Positions 30,043-39,390 of a stretch of DNA of 64,000 nucleotides are shown in pieces. The notes under the pieces are model-generated. The model worked only from the letters and a program-made list of their open reading frames with translations. It did no database searches and was not told where the DNA came from. Both the position numbers and the translations under genes were made by a program. Position 1 is the stretch's first letter. Every line of letters begins with the position of its first letter. Location: the NCBI GenBank assembly GCA_016933295.1, contig JAFGBG010000255.1:1185-65184 (forward strand). The letters run 5' to 3'. The DNA is from Sedimentisphaerales bacterium (lineage in GTDB: Bacteria; Planctomycetota; Phycisphaerae; Sedimentisphaerales; Anaerobacaceae).

Positions 30043-30768
30043 TCACATTCTGAGCTTATCCATTATAATGTCCCAGGTCTCGTAGTCGTCGTCGGTCAAA
30101 CCGCTGCTGTTTTCCATATCTTCGAGAATACTCGGATCGATAACGAATTCGACGCTAAGATCGCCCTGGGCTACATTCCAGCCGTTAATATGAGCGACAC
30201 CTCCCGGCCTGAGCACGTCCACCAGCAGCAGGCTTTTGCCGGTTTTGAAATCGGACATATTCTTCACTATTCGCTCGCGATTCTCCAGGCTTTTACAAAT
30301 CGGATTATAAGAGTAAGGGACACGCACTCCGGTAGTTCCCCCAAGCACCTCTGTTGGAAAAACAGGATCGGAATACTGCTCGTAACGAAAGACGGCCTCT
30401 TTCGAGGGACAATAGAAAATCTCTCCGTCTTTCAAGTACTCATATTTCCAAAGAAGCCCCAGATTCCAATAAATATCTCCTGTAAGAAACCATCTGGCCC
30501 AATGGTTCTGCGACTGCAAATGCGTCCAGGTACCGTTTGACAATTCACTCACCGGTGGAATTTTGCCCTCTCTTTCGTTGGCAAACATAACAACACTCGT
30601 ACACAATTGCTTCATATTCGACGAGCACACCACCCGCCGGGCCTGCTGACGAACTTTATTTAATGCCGGCATGAGTATGCCCATCAACAATGCAATAATG
30701 GCAATAACAACTAAAAGCTCGATTAGAGTAAAACCTTCACGTCTGTTCATGAAATTATTTCCGACCAT
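30043..30768 (-). CDS. Prepilin-type N-terminal cleavage/methylation-domain protein (DUF1559-like pseudopilin paralog)
   Basis: It carries [25 protein letters not shown]. An alternative start lies at 30750 ([13 protein letters not shown]). Confidence 0.85.
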   Translation of the reverse strand: MVGNNFMNRREGFTLIELLVVIAIIALLMGILMPALNKVRQQARRVVCSSNMKQLCTSVVMFANEREGKIPPVSELSNGTWTHLQSQNHWARWFLTGDIYWNLGLLWKYEYLKDGEIFYCPSKEAVFRYEQYSDPVFPTEVLGGTTGVRVPYSYNPICKSLENRERIVKNMSDFKTGKSLLLVDVLRPGGVAHINGWNVAQGDLSVEFVIDPSILEDMENSSGLTDDDYETWDIIMDKLRM

Positions 30769-30955
30769 ATTTACTGTACAATCCCCATATAAATGTCTAA
30801 AATAAACATAGATCCACCTTTCTTACAATATTATACAAAAATACCCGCAAAATTGTTTATTTTTTTTGAGAATCGAAGGAATATCCATAAGCCCGGCAAA
30901 TTATGCTTTTATATTCATTTAAGCCCTTTTTCATCGGCCTATATGCCGCCGCCGT

Positions 30956-31903
30956 TCAGATTTGCATCTCGCCGAGCCATTTATCCGACTGCGACTTGCT
31001 ATATCCCAAAAATGCCGAATCCGATGCAATATTTTCCCCAATGGAGCTTTTGTAAGATTCAAAGAATTTACCAGCATGGCGCTTATTTGTATTTGCATAA
31101 CAATATACACATCCATGCGGACATGTGTCATAGGTTCCTATGTCCGAGCTTTCCGCGCAGCCGCATTCCGATCTTGTGGGCTTCTGTTTATATTCGAAAC
31201 TTTCCGGGAAGAAAAGGGTTTTAATAACTTCGCCGTCGATACAGTGACCTTTTCCGATTCTTTCGTTAATCAAATAATCGCCGCAGCAGGAATACATCCG
31301 GATTCCATAACCCTCTGCTATCCGGGCCAGTTCGTTTGCCAACTCGATCTTATACTTCTCACTCACATTCAAAATTTTCACACCGCTTACTCTCTCAAGC
31401 TCTTTGAAATTACGAATGACTTTGCCGTATTCGGTAACGAAGCTAAAATAACATCTCTCAACCAGACCGGCGAAATCCCCGGCAAGTTTTGCAAAAGCTT
31501 TTATGAAAAAATCCCCGTCGCAAATATCCGAAATAATAATCGGGTCGAATCTCCAGTTAATATAACCGGGTGAATACATTCGGCTTAGCAGCTTTAATGT
31601 ATCAGTCGCAGATTCTCGATCGACATTACTCTCGAAAATATCCGGCAAGGCGGTAATAGTATAATTAAAATAAAATTTATATCCGAGACCTTCTATGACT
31701 TTAAGATTCTCCAGGAAAGGCGTAAAGTTCTTGGACCAGAATACAAAACACCAAACATCTTCGGGTTTTAGCGATACGATATATTTCTGTCCGCCGAAAG
31801 GATTGACCACGCCGGCAAAACCTTCTCTGAGCCTGTTCATAAACCAGCCGCCGTAAAAGGCGGGAATATCCGTCCTGCGCGATACTGAAATTATCCTTTT
31901 CAT
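30956..31903 (-). CDS. DUF1848-family protein with a C-terminal CX3CX2C cluster
   Basis: The N-terminus is MKRIISVSRRTDIPAFYGGWFMNRLREG. The C-terminal cluster is CGCAESSDIGTYDTCPHGCVYC. An ATGA overlap links it to the upstream POT gene. Confidence 0.75.
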   Translation of the reverse strand: MKRIISVSRRTDIPAFYGGWFMNRLREGFAGVVNPFGGQKYIVSLKPEDVWCFVFWSKNFTPFLENLKVIEGLGYKFYFNYTITALPDIFESNVDRESATDTLKLLSRMYSPGYINWRFDPIIISDICDGDFFIKAFAKLAGDFAGLVERCYFSFVTEYGKVIRNFKELERVSGVKILNVSEKYKIELANELARIAEGYGIRMYSCCGDYLINERIGKGHCIDGEVIKTLFFPESFEYKQKPTRSECGCAESSDIGTYDTCPHGCVYCYANTNKRHAGKFFESYKSSIGENIASDSAFLGYSKSQSDKWLGEMQI

Positions 31904-33345
31904 TCGGCGTCCGCCGGCGCTTCGTCCTGGATATAAGTTTTACCTTTATAAAACTGCACCACAAAACAGAATATTATACCGGTGACCAGTAACAGGATGG
32001 TGAAAAACCAATAATAGCTCGGGCCTTCCAATTTTACCGTACCATCGGGATTCTGTATGAATTTGTTGACAAGCGAAATGAACAGGTTGCCCAATGAAAT
32101 CGACACAAGATACAACGAGGAGATAAACGATTTCATCGATTTAGGCGCCTGTGTATAAGCAAATTCCAAAGCAGGGATAGATATCAGAACTTCACCGGCA
32201 GTGATGAACCAGTAAGCAAGTACCTGCCACCAGATAGTCGGATCCGTCCCTGCCTGAATCCATTTTTCGAGAAGTGCCGGGATCGCAAAAGAAGGAATGG
32301 CAACGAAAAAGCCGATACCGATTTTTCGGAGCGGAGTAAGACGGAAGAATTTATTAATCAATGGATAAACAATGTAAGTAAAGAATGGAATGGTAATCAG
32401 AACAAGGATACAATTTACCGCCTGCATCTGTGCGGGAAGTATTTTCCATTCGATGTGATTAAGTCCCCATAATTTGCTCAGAAGCGAGCCAAAAAATGTC
32501 TGGTCTGATATGTTCCATTTCAGAAATGTAAGGTTCATTTCCTCGGCCTGGTATACCCACTTCGATGTAGTTTGATCGAACAGCGACCAGAAAACCGCTA
32601 CGAAGATAAACAAAAAAAAGGCCAAACGAATGAGGATTAATAATCCTTCCTTACTGAACAAATCCTCGAAGAAATCAGAACCTTTAGGGGGAATATGAAC
32701 CATGGATTTTCGACCCAACCAGTAAGTTATGATAGTCAGCATCATAAAAATGCCGGGTATGCCCAGGGCTATTCTGACGTTATTATATCTGTCATATATC
32801 CATGGCGATATGGCCATAGAGAAAAAAGCGCCTATATTAACCGCCCAATAGAACATATTGAATGCTCTGGTAATAAGGTGCTGGTTGGATTGTCCGAACT
32901 GATCTCCTAAATTTGCGGATAAACACGGCTTAATTATGCCGGAGCCTAACGCAATAAGGCCAAGGCCGATCATTGTTCCAATGTAACTCTGATCCACTGT
33001 TATTGTCAGAAAGCCAAGGAAGTACACTATCGAGAAAGCTATAATAGTTCGATATTTTCCAAGGAACACATCACTTATAATAGATCCTATGAACGGTGTG
33101 AAATAAGCGGCAGCTTTGAAATAATGTTTCCATTCCATCGCCTGTTCTTCAGTCAGTTTCGCGGGATTTCCATGCCAATCGATCAGGTTATTGACAAGAA
33201 ATAACGCCAAAATAGCATCGAATGCATAGAATGCGTATCTTTCTGTTGCCTCACTTATCATAATGTAGGGTGTTGAGGGAGGCATTTTTTTCGATGGTAT
33301 CGGTGCGGTAAGATATTTTGTTTTTGCCATATCAAATCCCGTCAA
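31900..33345 (-). CDS. POT/PTR2-family proton-dependent di/tripeptide transporter (MFS)
   Basis: The protein is polytopic with about 14 TM helices and has the PTR2-like motif SEATERYAFYAF near TM1. Confidence 0.85.
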   Translation of the reverse strand: MTGFDMAKTKYLTAPIPSKKMPPSTPYIMISEATERYAFYAFDAILALFLVNNLIDWHGNPAKLTEEQAMEWKHYFKAAAYFTPFIGSIISDVFLGKYRTIIAFSIVYFLGFLTITVDQSYIGTMIGLGLIALGSGIIKPCLSANLGDQFGQSNQHLITRAFNMFYWAVNIGAFFSMAISPWIYDRYNNVRIALGIPGIFMMLTIITYWLGRKSMVHIPPKGSDFFEDLFSKEGLLILIRLAFFLFIFVAVFWSLFDQTTSKWVYQAEEMNLTFLKWNISDQTFFGSLLSKLWGLNHIEWKILPAQMQAVNCILVLITIPFFTYIVYPLINKFFRLTPLRKIGIGFFVAIPSFAIPALLEKWIQAGTDPTIWWQVLAYWFITAGEVLISIPALEFAYTQAPKSMKSFISSLYLVSISLGNLFISLVNKFIQNPDGTVKLEGPSYYWFFTILLLVTGIIFCFVVQFYKGKTYIQDEAPADAE

Positions 33346-33562
33346 TTGAACAGCAATTTGTTTGTCATTCTTAATAAGTGCATATAGTACTAATAATGTA
33401 ATATGGTTACAAACAGGAAATCGCCGAATATAAAAAATACAAGCGTAATTTCAAATACCTAAAAACTGCTTGATTTCTCCTTTTATAGCCGATAATATTC
33501 CAAAAACAGTAAAGGAGAGCGATGACAAAACAACGACATAAATTTGAACAGGAGTACGAACG

Positions 33563-35242
33563 ATGAAGACCTTATCGGCAATTCTTATGATGTTGAGCCT
33601 GAGTATTGTTTTATTTGGATGTGCCCCCAGCGCGAAAGAGATACAAATGCAAGAATTCATACAAACACACGTCGAAAAAATCAAACCAATGGTAAAAGAG
33701 GCCGGCCTCGCTTCATGGGATGCGGCAAACAGCGGCAAAGAAGCCGACTACGACAAAGTCAGCGTCCTTACACTGGAACTTCGCCGGGTATATAGTGACC
33801 CAGACGATTTCGCCGTGATCAAAGAGGCGAAAGAATCCGGACAGGTCAAAAACCCCCTGCTGGCCCGGCAGGTGGATGTGCTGTACAATGCTTATCTCGG
33901 AAATCAGATAGAGCCGGAGCTTCTCAAGCAGATTGTCGAGCTCGGTACTGAAATAGAAAAGAACTTCAGCACATTCCGCGGCACAATCGACGGCGAAAAG
34001 GTCACCGACAATCAGATCAAGGAAATCCTGAAAACAGAAACCGATTCGGCAAAAAGAGAAAAAGCATGGCTCGCCAGCAAGCAGGTGGGCCCGGTGGTTG
34101 CCGACGACATAATTAAATTGATTAAGCTGCGAAATCAGGCCGCTCAAAAACTCGGTTTCGATAATTACCATACGCTTTCTCTGACCATCGCCGAGCAGGA
34201 TGTCGAAGAGCTTGATAAAATTTTCGCCGAGCTTTATGAGCTGACCAACGAACCTTTCGCCGAGCTAAAAGCGGAGCTGGACGAGAAACTCGCCGAACAC
34301 TGCGGCGTGGCCGTTTCCGAGCTTATGCCCTGGCACTACCACGATCCTTTCTTTCAGGAAACACCTCTGGTTTACGACGTTGACCTGGATGAGTACTACG
34401 AAGACAAAGATGTCAAAGAGCTGGCAACAAAATTTTATGCCGGCATAAATCTACCCGTCGAATCGATACTGGCAAAAAGTGACTTGTACGAGCGTCAAGG
34501 CAAAAACCCACACGCTTTCTGCACCGACATCGACAGAGAAGGTGACGTCAGGATTCTCTGCAATCTCAAAAACAACGAGACATGGATGGAAACCATCCTG
34601 CACGAGCTTGGTCACGGCGTTTATGACAAATACCAAGATCCCCAAACGCCGTACCTGCTGCGAGAACCGGCACACATCTTCACAACCGAGGCAATCGCGA
34701 TGTTCTTCGGGCGACTCAGCAGGAATCCCGCATGGATGCAGCAGATGCTGGAACTGACCGACGAGCAGCGAAGCGAAATAGAAAAAGTCAGCTTCAAATA
34801 CGCCCAGCTCAAGCAGCTTATCTTCGCCCGCTGGGCCATGGTCATGTATGACTTCGAGAAGCGGCTCTACGCCGATCCCGACCAGGACCTGAACCGCCTT
34901 TGGTGGCAGATTGTAGAAAAATACCAGCTTGTAAAAAGTCCGGCGGGCCGCAACGAACCGGACTGGGCGGCAAAAATCCATTTCACTATAGCACCGTGTT
35001 ACTATCATAACTATATGTTAGGCGAGCTGCTCGCCTCCCAACTGCAGAACTATATCGCCTACAAAGTCCTGAAGCTCGATTCGGACAAAGATGTAAGCTA
35101 TGTCGGCCAAAAAAAGGCCGGTGACTTTCTCGATGAAAAAGTATTCAAAGCCGGCGCCGTTTACGAATGGAACCGGATGATAGAGCGTGCGACGGGCGAG
35201 CCGCTGACTCCCAAATATTTTGTCGCCGAGTTCATCAAATGA
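33563..35242 (+). CDS. Lipoprotein zinc metallopeptidase, M2 (ACE-like peptidyl-dipeptidase)-like gluzincin
   Basis: It has the lipobox LFGC and HELGH, with a third-ligand Glu 25 residues after the second His (TTEAIAMF, compare HEAIGD in ACE). The N-terminal string ASWDAANSG resembles the ACE N-terminus. Assignment to M2 rather than M3 is from memory of motifs only. Confidence 0.6.
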   Translation: MKTLSAILMMLSLSIVLFGCAPSAKEIQMQEFIQTHVEKIKPMVKEAGLASWDAANSGKEADYDKVSVLTLELRRVYSDPDDFAVIKEAKESGQVKNPLLARQVDVLYNAYLGNQIEPELLKQIVELGTEIEKNFSTFRGTIDGEKVTDNQIKEILKTETDSAKREKAWLASKQVGPVVADDIIKLIKLRNQAAQKLGFDNYHTLSLTIAEQDVEELDKIFAELYELTNEPFAELKAELDEKLAEHCGVAVSELMPWHYHDPFFQETPLVYDVDLDEYYEDKDVKELATKFYAGINLPVESILAKSDLYERQGKNPHAFCTDIDREGDVRILCNLKNNETWMETILHELGHGVYDKYQDPQTPYLLREPAHIFTTEAIAMFFGRLSRNPAWMQQMLELTDEQRSEIEKVSFKYAQLKQLIFARWAMVMYDFEKRLYADPDQDLNRLWWQIVEKYQLVKSPAGRNEPDWAAKIHFTIAPCYYHNYMLGELLASQLQNYIAYKVLKLDSDKDVSYVGQKKAGDFLDEKVFKAGAVYEWNRMIERATGEPLTPKYFVAEFIK

Positions 35243-35281
35243 TATTCTTTTGACAACGCTTAATTTTTTCACAGGTGAGCC

Positions 35282-37441
35282 ATGAGTTTAGAAAACCGTT
35301 CATTACCCGAAATAACAATCAAAGCTTTCATTTTAGGCGTTCTTCTTTCCATGATTCTGGCCGCTGCGAACGCATACCTGGGTCTGTTCGCCGGGATGAC
35401 TGTCTCCGCGTCGATACCGGCGGCTGTCGTATCCATGGGCGTTTTGCGCCTGTTTCGCAAAAGCAATATCCTTGAAAATAATATCGTCCAGACCGCGGCT
35501 TCCGCCGGTGAGTCACTTGCCGCGGGAGTTATCTTCACCCTGCCGGCGCTGGTCATCATGGAATTCTGGACGGAATTCAATTTCTTCTGGATTACCATCA
35601 TTGCCGGATTCGGCGGTATTCTCGGCGTACTGTTCACGATCCCGCTTCGGCGCGCCCTTATCGTCGAAGGAAAGCTCAAGTTCCCCGAAGGCATAGCCAC
35701 TGCCGAGGTATTGGAAACCGGCCAACAGGGCGGCTCAGGCATTCGTTTGATAGCAATCGCTTCTGCGATCGGCGCTTTATTCAAAATCGGAGCCAAGGGC
35801 ATCGGATTCTGGCCCGAAGTTGTCGAAGTTGCCGGTCGTGTAAAAAGCTCCATCGCTTATTTCGGCTCCAATCTCAGCCCGGCACTGCTTTCGGTCGGCT
35901 ACATTGTCGGGCTTAACATTTCAATACTGATTTTTCTCGGCGGCGCGATGAACTGGTATGCCGCAATACCTATAGTAGCAACAGGGGAAAAATGGCCGAC
36001 TTACCAGCTTCTAAATAAAAATGTACCAGATGACTGGGATATAACGAGCGCGCAATATGGAATTATAAATCCGAACGATCCGAACGTCTGGAACAAAGAC
36101 GCAGACGAGGCCGTCGCATGGAACGTATTCGCACTAAAATTTAAGGTTGCCGACCCGAACGCATCAATATCCAAAATCAAAAAGGTACAGAAGCATAATA
36201 CCGAAATCAAAGAAAAATTAGGGAAATCCGTGGATACTGTTGAATATGCAAACCAAATATGGTCGAAGCGGACACGATACCTCGGTGTCGGCGGAATGCT
36301 ACTCGGCGGACTCTGGACAATATTTGCCATGAGAAAATCTCTATTCAGCGGCATAGCCAGCGGCCTGCGGGCATACAAAAAGATGAGCGTCGGAAGCGAA
36401 GAAATCCAAAGAACCGATAAAGATATGCCCATGAAATGGATACTCGTTCTTATCGTCGCTTCCATAGTCCCTCTCTATATCGTCTATCAATACTTCGTCA
36501 AAGATGTCACGGTCTCTCTGCCTATGGCCGTTGTTATGCTTGCGGCGGGATTCGTGTTCTCCGCCGTAGCCGGATATATGGCCGGCCTTGTCGGCTCGTC
36601 CAACAATCCAATCTCCGGCGTCACCATCGCGACGGTGACGGTCTCCGCCCTGCTGCTTGTCGTTCTTATGGGCCGCGACAATATATACGGCCCGCCCGCC
36701 GCTATCATTATCGGCAGCGTCGTCTGCTGCGCCGCCGCGATTGCCGGCGACAATATGCAGGACCTTAAAGCCGGCCAAATCGTCGGCGCGACCCCCTGGC
36801 GACAGCAGGTAATGCAAATCGTCGGCACGGTCTCAGGCGCTCTGGTTATCGCACCGGTCCTGATGTTACTGCACAAGGCCTACGGTTTTCGCGGCCAGCC
36901 CGGAGCCGGCTCGGACGCTCTCTCGGCGGTCCAGGCCAACCTGATGGCCTCGGTCGCCAAGGGAGTATTCAAGGGCGATTTGCCCTGGACCTATGTTTTC
37001 ATAGGTATGGGCATTGCCGCCGTGGTGATAGCTCTGGATCAATATCTCAAGAAAATCGGCAGCAGCTTCCGCACGCCGGTCCTGGCAGTCACTATCGGCA
37101 TCTATCTGCCGCTGGAACTGGCCGTCCCGATTTTTGCCGGAGGGCTAATCCATTATGCGACAAAACGTTACCACAACCGCGTGCGAACGCCGGCGGAAAA
37201 AGTCGAGGCCTCCGGCCGGAACGGCCTGCTGTTCGCATCCGGACTGATTACCGGCGAAGCACTCATGGGCATCATTTTGGCCATTCCAATCATTCTGCTC
37301 AAGCAATTCGACATAAATCTGCCGATTATCGAGCATTTTGGCAAGGCCATGCCCTTTGGCAATTGGATTGGTGCGGTGCTGCTTATCGGCGTGGCATACT
37401 GGCTCTATAAGACAGTTCGCGGCACAAAAACGACAGGATAA
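35282..37441 (+). CDS. OPT-family oligopeptide transporter (paralog 1, with a large soluble insertion)
   Basis: The N-terminus EITIKAFILGVLLSMILAAANAYLGLFAGMTVSASIPAAV is typical of bacterial OPT proteins. It is 719 aa long, versus 630 aa for paralog 2. The extra roughly 100 aa hydrophilic loop spans EKWPTYQLL...SKRTRY. Confidence 0.85.
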   Translation: MSLENRSLPEITIKAFILGVLLSMILAAANAYLGLFAGMTVSASIPAAVVSMGVLRLFRKSNILENNIVQTAASAGESLAAGVIFTLPALVIMEFWTEFNFFWITIIAGFGGILGVLFTIPLRRALIVEGKLKFPEGIATAEVLETGQQGGSGIRLIAIASAIGALFKIGAKGIGFWPEVVEVAGRVKSSIAYFGSNLSPALLSVGYIVGLNISILIFLGGAMNWYAAIPIVATGEKWPTYQLLNKNVPDDWDITSAQYGIINPNDPNVWNKDADEAVAWNVFALKFKVADPNASISKIKKVQKHNTEIKEKLGKSVDTVEYANQIWSKRTRYLGVGGMLLGGLWTIFAMRKSLFSGIASGLRAYKKMSVGSEEIQRTDKDMPMKWILVLIVASIVPLYIVYQYFVKDVTVSLPMAVVMLAAGFVFSAVAGYMAGLVGSSNNPISGVTIATVTVSALLLVVLMGRDNIYGPPAAIIIGSVVCCAAAIAGDNMQDLKAGQIVGATPWRQQVMQIVGTVSGALVIAPVLMLLHKAYGFRGQPGAGSDALSAVQANLMASVAKGVFKGDLPWTYVFIGMGIAAVVIALDQYLKKIGSSFRTPVLAVTIGIYLPLELAVPIFAGGLIHYATKRYHNRVRTPAEKVEASGRNGLLFASGLITGEALMGIILAIPIILLKQFDINLPIIEHFGKAMPFGNWIGAVLLIGVAYWLYKTVRGTKTTG

Positions 37442-37590
37442 CAGCCAAAAACGAGGCAAAATACAGCCGCAATGAGCCGATTCCAAACCGGTAGAATTTT
37501 GCATATGTCCTTGTCAAAAAAGAGCTTGCGCCAAAAACTCGTCCCGGCATAGCCGTAGGCGACGCCGGATTGGGTTCGTTTTCGATTTTT

Positions 37591-37794
37591 TTCATTCTGA
37601 ATTCTGTATTCTGTCTCCTGACTTCTGACGCTAGAATTGGCTTCGTTTTTTCAAATAACTTCGTAGGTCGTATTTGGTATGTCGTATGTCGGACAAAAAC
37701 GAGTTTTTCCTGGTTTTCACAACATTTAAAGAATTTAGGAATTTGAGCATTGGAATTTGTTTCGGATTTCGAGCTTAGTGCTTCGGATTTGTTC
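37591..37794. repeat. Block of short degenerate tandem repeats in a 540-bp intergenic region
   Basis: ATTCTG-type heptamers lie at 37591-37630, GTCGTAT x3 at 37659-37694, and GGAATTTG x2 plus TTCGGATTT x2 at 37738-37794. Confidence 0.55.
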
Positions 37795-37984
37795 TAAATC
37801 CCAACCTGCCCCCTACGAACTATCCATAGTTCAGTAACTATCTTACACGACGGCGGCAAAAATACAAGGAAAATCGCCGTTTTTATTAAAACAATCCTTG
37901 TTTTTATTGCTTTTCAAGACAAAAATATTAACAGTGATTATAGAAAAAATAGATTATTATTGTTCTTTTGAAAGTTATTAGCTT

Positions 37985-39373
37985 ATGAATAATCAGCCTT
38001 CTACCAGTCAAACAACATCCATGCGGGCGGCAATTTTCTTCGCGTCTATCCTGCTGGGTATTGCTGGCTTGCCGGCAAGCTCGGCGGCGGCAACTTTCGC
38101 CGGTAATTTGAATAACTCCGATACAACGACAGCCTCTGATAAAGGCGCCCTCGCCGGGCATCGCTATCGTGTGATTGTATCGACGGATATCGGCGGAACG
38201 GACGCGGACGACTTTCAGTCGATGGTGCATTTGCTCCTTTACGCAGACGTTCTCGACATCGAGGGACTAATCTCGTCGCCCTACGGCCCCGGTCGAAAAG
38301 AGCATATCCTTCAGGTCATCGACTGCTACGAGAAAGATTACGCCAACCTGAAGACGTATTCCGACAAATATCCCACACCCGACGCGCTGCGGGCAATAAC
38401 CAAACAGGGCGAGACCGAGATGGCTCCCTACGCCGGCGTGCGACGGCCGACCGAAGGCTCACAGTGGATTATCCACTGCGCGAAGCGAGACGACCCGCGG
38501 CCGCTACATGTCCTTATCTGGGGCGGCATTGACGACCTTGCACAGGCGCTGCATGATGCACCGGATATTCTGCCTAAGCTGCGTGTGTACTGGATCGGCG
38601 GGCCGAACAAAAAATGGAGCCCAGATGCTTACCAATATATCGTCACACACCATCCCAAACTATGGATAATAGAGTCCAACGTCACGTACTGCGGCTGGTT
38701 TGTCGGAGGCAATCAGTCGGGCGAATGGGGCAATAAGGAATTCGTAACCCAGCATATCGCGGGCAAAGGCGCGCTGGGTGATTTCTTTGTCTCCAAGAAG
38801 GCCGATGTCAAGATGGGTGATACGCCGTCAGTCGGCCGGCTGCTCAAGGGCACGCCCGACGACCCTACCAAGCCCGGCTGGGGAGGAAGCTTCGTGCGGG
38901 CATGGGAGCGTCCCTATAGCCGTTTCAAGCGGATGACCACAAAAGATGACCGCATGGAGCAATGCGGCATCCTCGAGCTTGTGCTCCCACTCGGTAACGA
39001 TGCACCGGAAAAGCCGGAGGCCCGGCTCGTCGTTGAAAACCAGTCGCTAATCGGTCATGCGCCCGGCGACGGCACGATTCGTTTCCGTTTCTGCCCGAAA
39101 GCTGCGAAGACCTATACCTTCACAATCCGAGGCAATGTGCCCTTTTTGGATGGCAAAACAGGCGGTATCACGGCTTACACGCCGCCACCCGATAGGGCGC
39201 AACAACCGGCGGCAAATTTGCGCAACTGGTGGACGGACAATCCGTCCCCGAAAGTATCAGAAGGACCGCTTATTGGGATCAAGACCATAAACCGCTGGCG
39301 AGAGGATTTTTTGCAAGATTTCGCCACCCGCATGAACCGCTGCCAGTCACCCGCCAAAACTAATACGAACTAA
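37985..39373 (+). CDS. DUF1593-domain (nucleoside-hydrolase-like) secreted protein
   Basis: It has a signal peptide and the string RVIVSTDIGGTDADDFQSMVHLLLYADVLDIEGLISS. Confidence 0.8.
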   Translation: MNNQPSTSQTTSMRAAIFFASILLGIAGLPASSAAATFAGNLNNSDTTTASDKGALAGHRYRVIVSTDIGGTDADDFQSMVHLLLYADVLDIEGLISSPYGPGRKEHILQVIDCYEKDYANLKTYSDKYPTPDALRAITKQGETEMAPYAGVRRPTEGSQWIIHCAKRDDPRPLHVLIWGGIDDLAQALHDAPDILPKLRVYWIGGPNKKWSPDAYQYIVTHHPKLWIIESNVTYCGWFVGGNQSGEWGNKEFVTQHIAGKGALGDFFVSKKADVKMGDTPSVGRLLKGTPDDPTKPGWGGSFVRAWERPYSRFKRMTTKDDRMEQCGILELVLPLGNDAPEKPEARLVVENQSLIGHAPGDGTIRFRFCPKAAKTYTFTIRGNVPFLDGKTGGITAYTPPPDRAQQPAANLRNWWTDNPSPKVSEGPLIGIKTINRWREDFLQDFATRMNRCQSPAKTNTN

Positions 39374-39390
39374 AAAAAATAACAAGTTCT

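Noticed and set aside
30043-30768. A prepilin-like gene considered as part of a type II secretion or type IV pilus locus.
   Set aside because: It is an isolated gene with no secretin, ATPase or platform genes nearby. This fits the orphan pseudopilin-like paralogs expanded in PVC genomes.
35269-35853. A 194-aa minus-strand ORF overlapping the 5' end of OPT paralog 1.
   Set aside because: It lies antisense to a clearly conserved OPT N-terminus. The sequence is Pro/Ala/Arg-rich, typical of a GC-rich shadow frame.
37864-37910. ACAAGGA...TCCTTGT, a 7-bp stem followed by TTTTTATT, considered as the terminator of OPT paralog 1.
   Set aside because: It lies about 420 nt downstream of the stop, with a 23-nt AT-rich loop. 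It is too weak and too distant to call.
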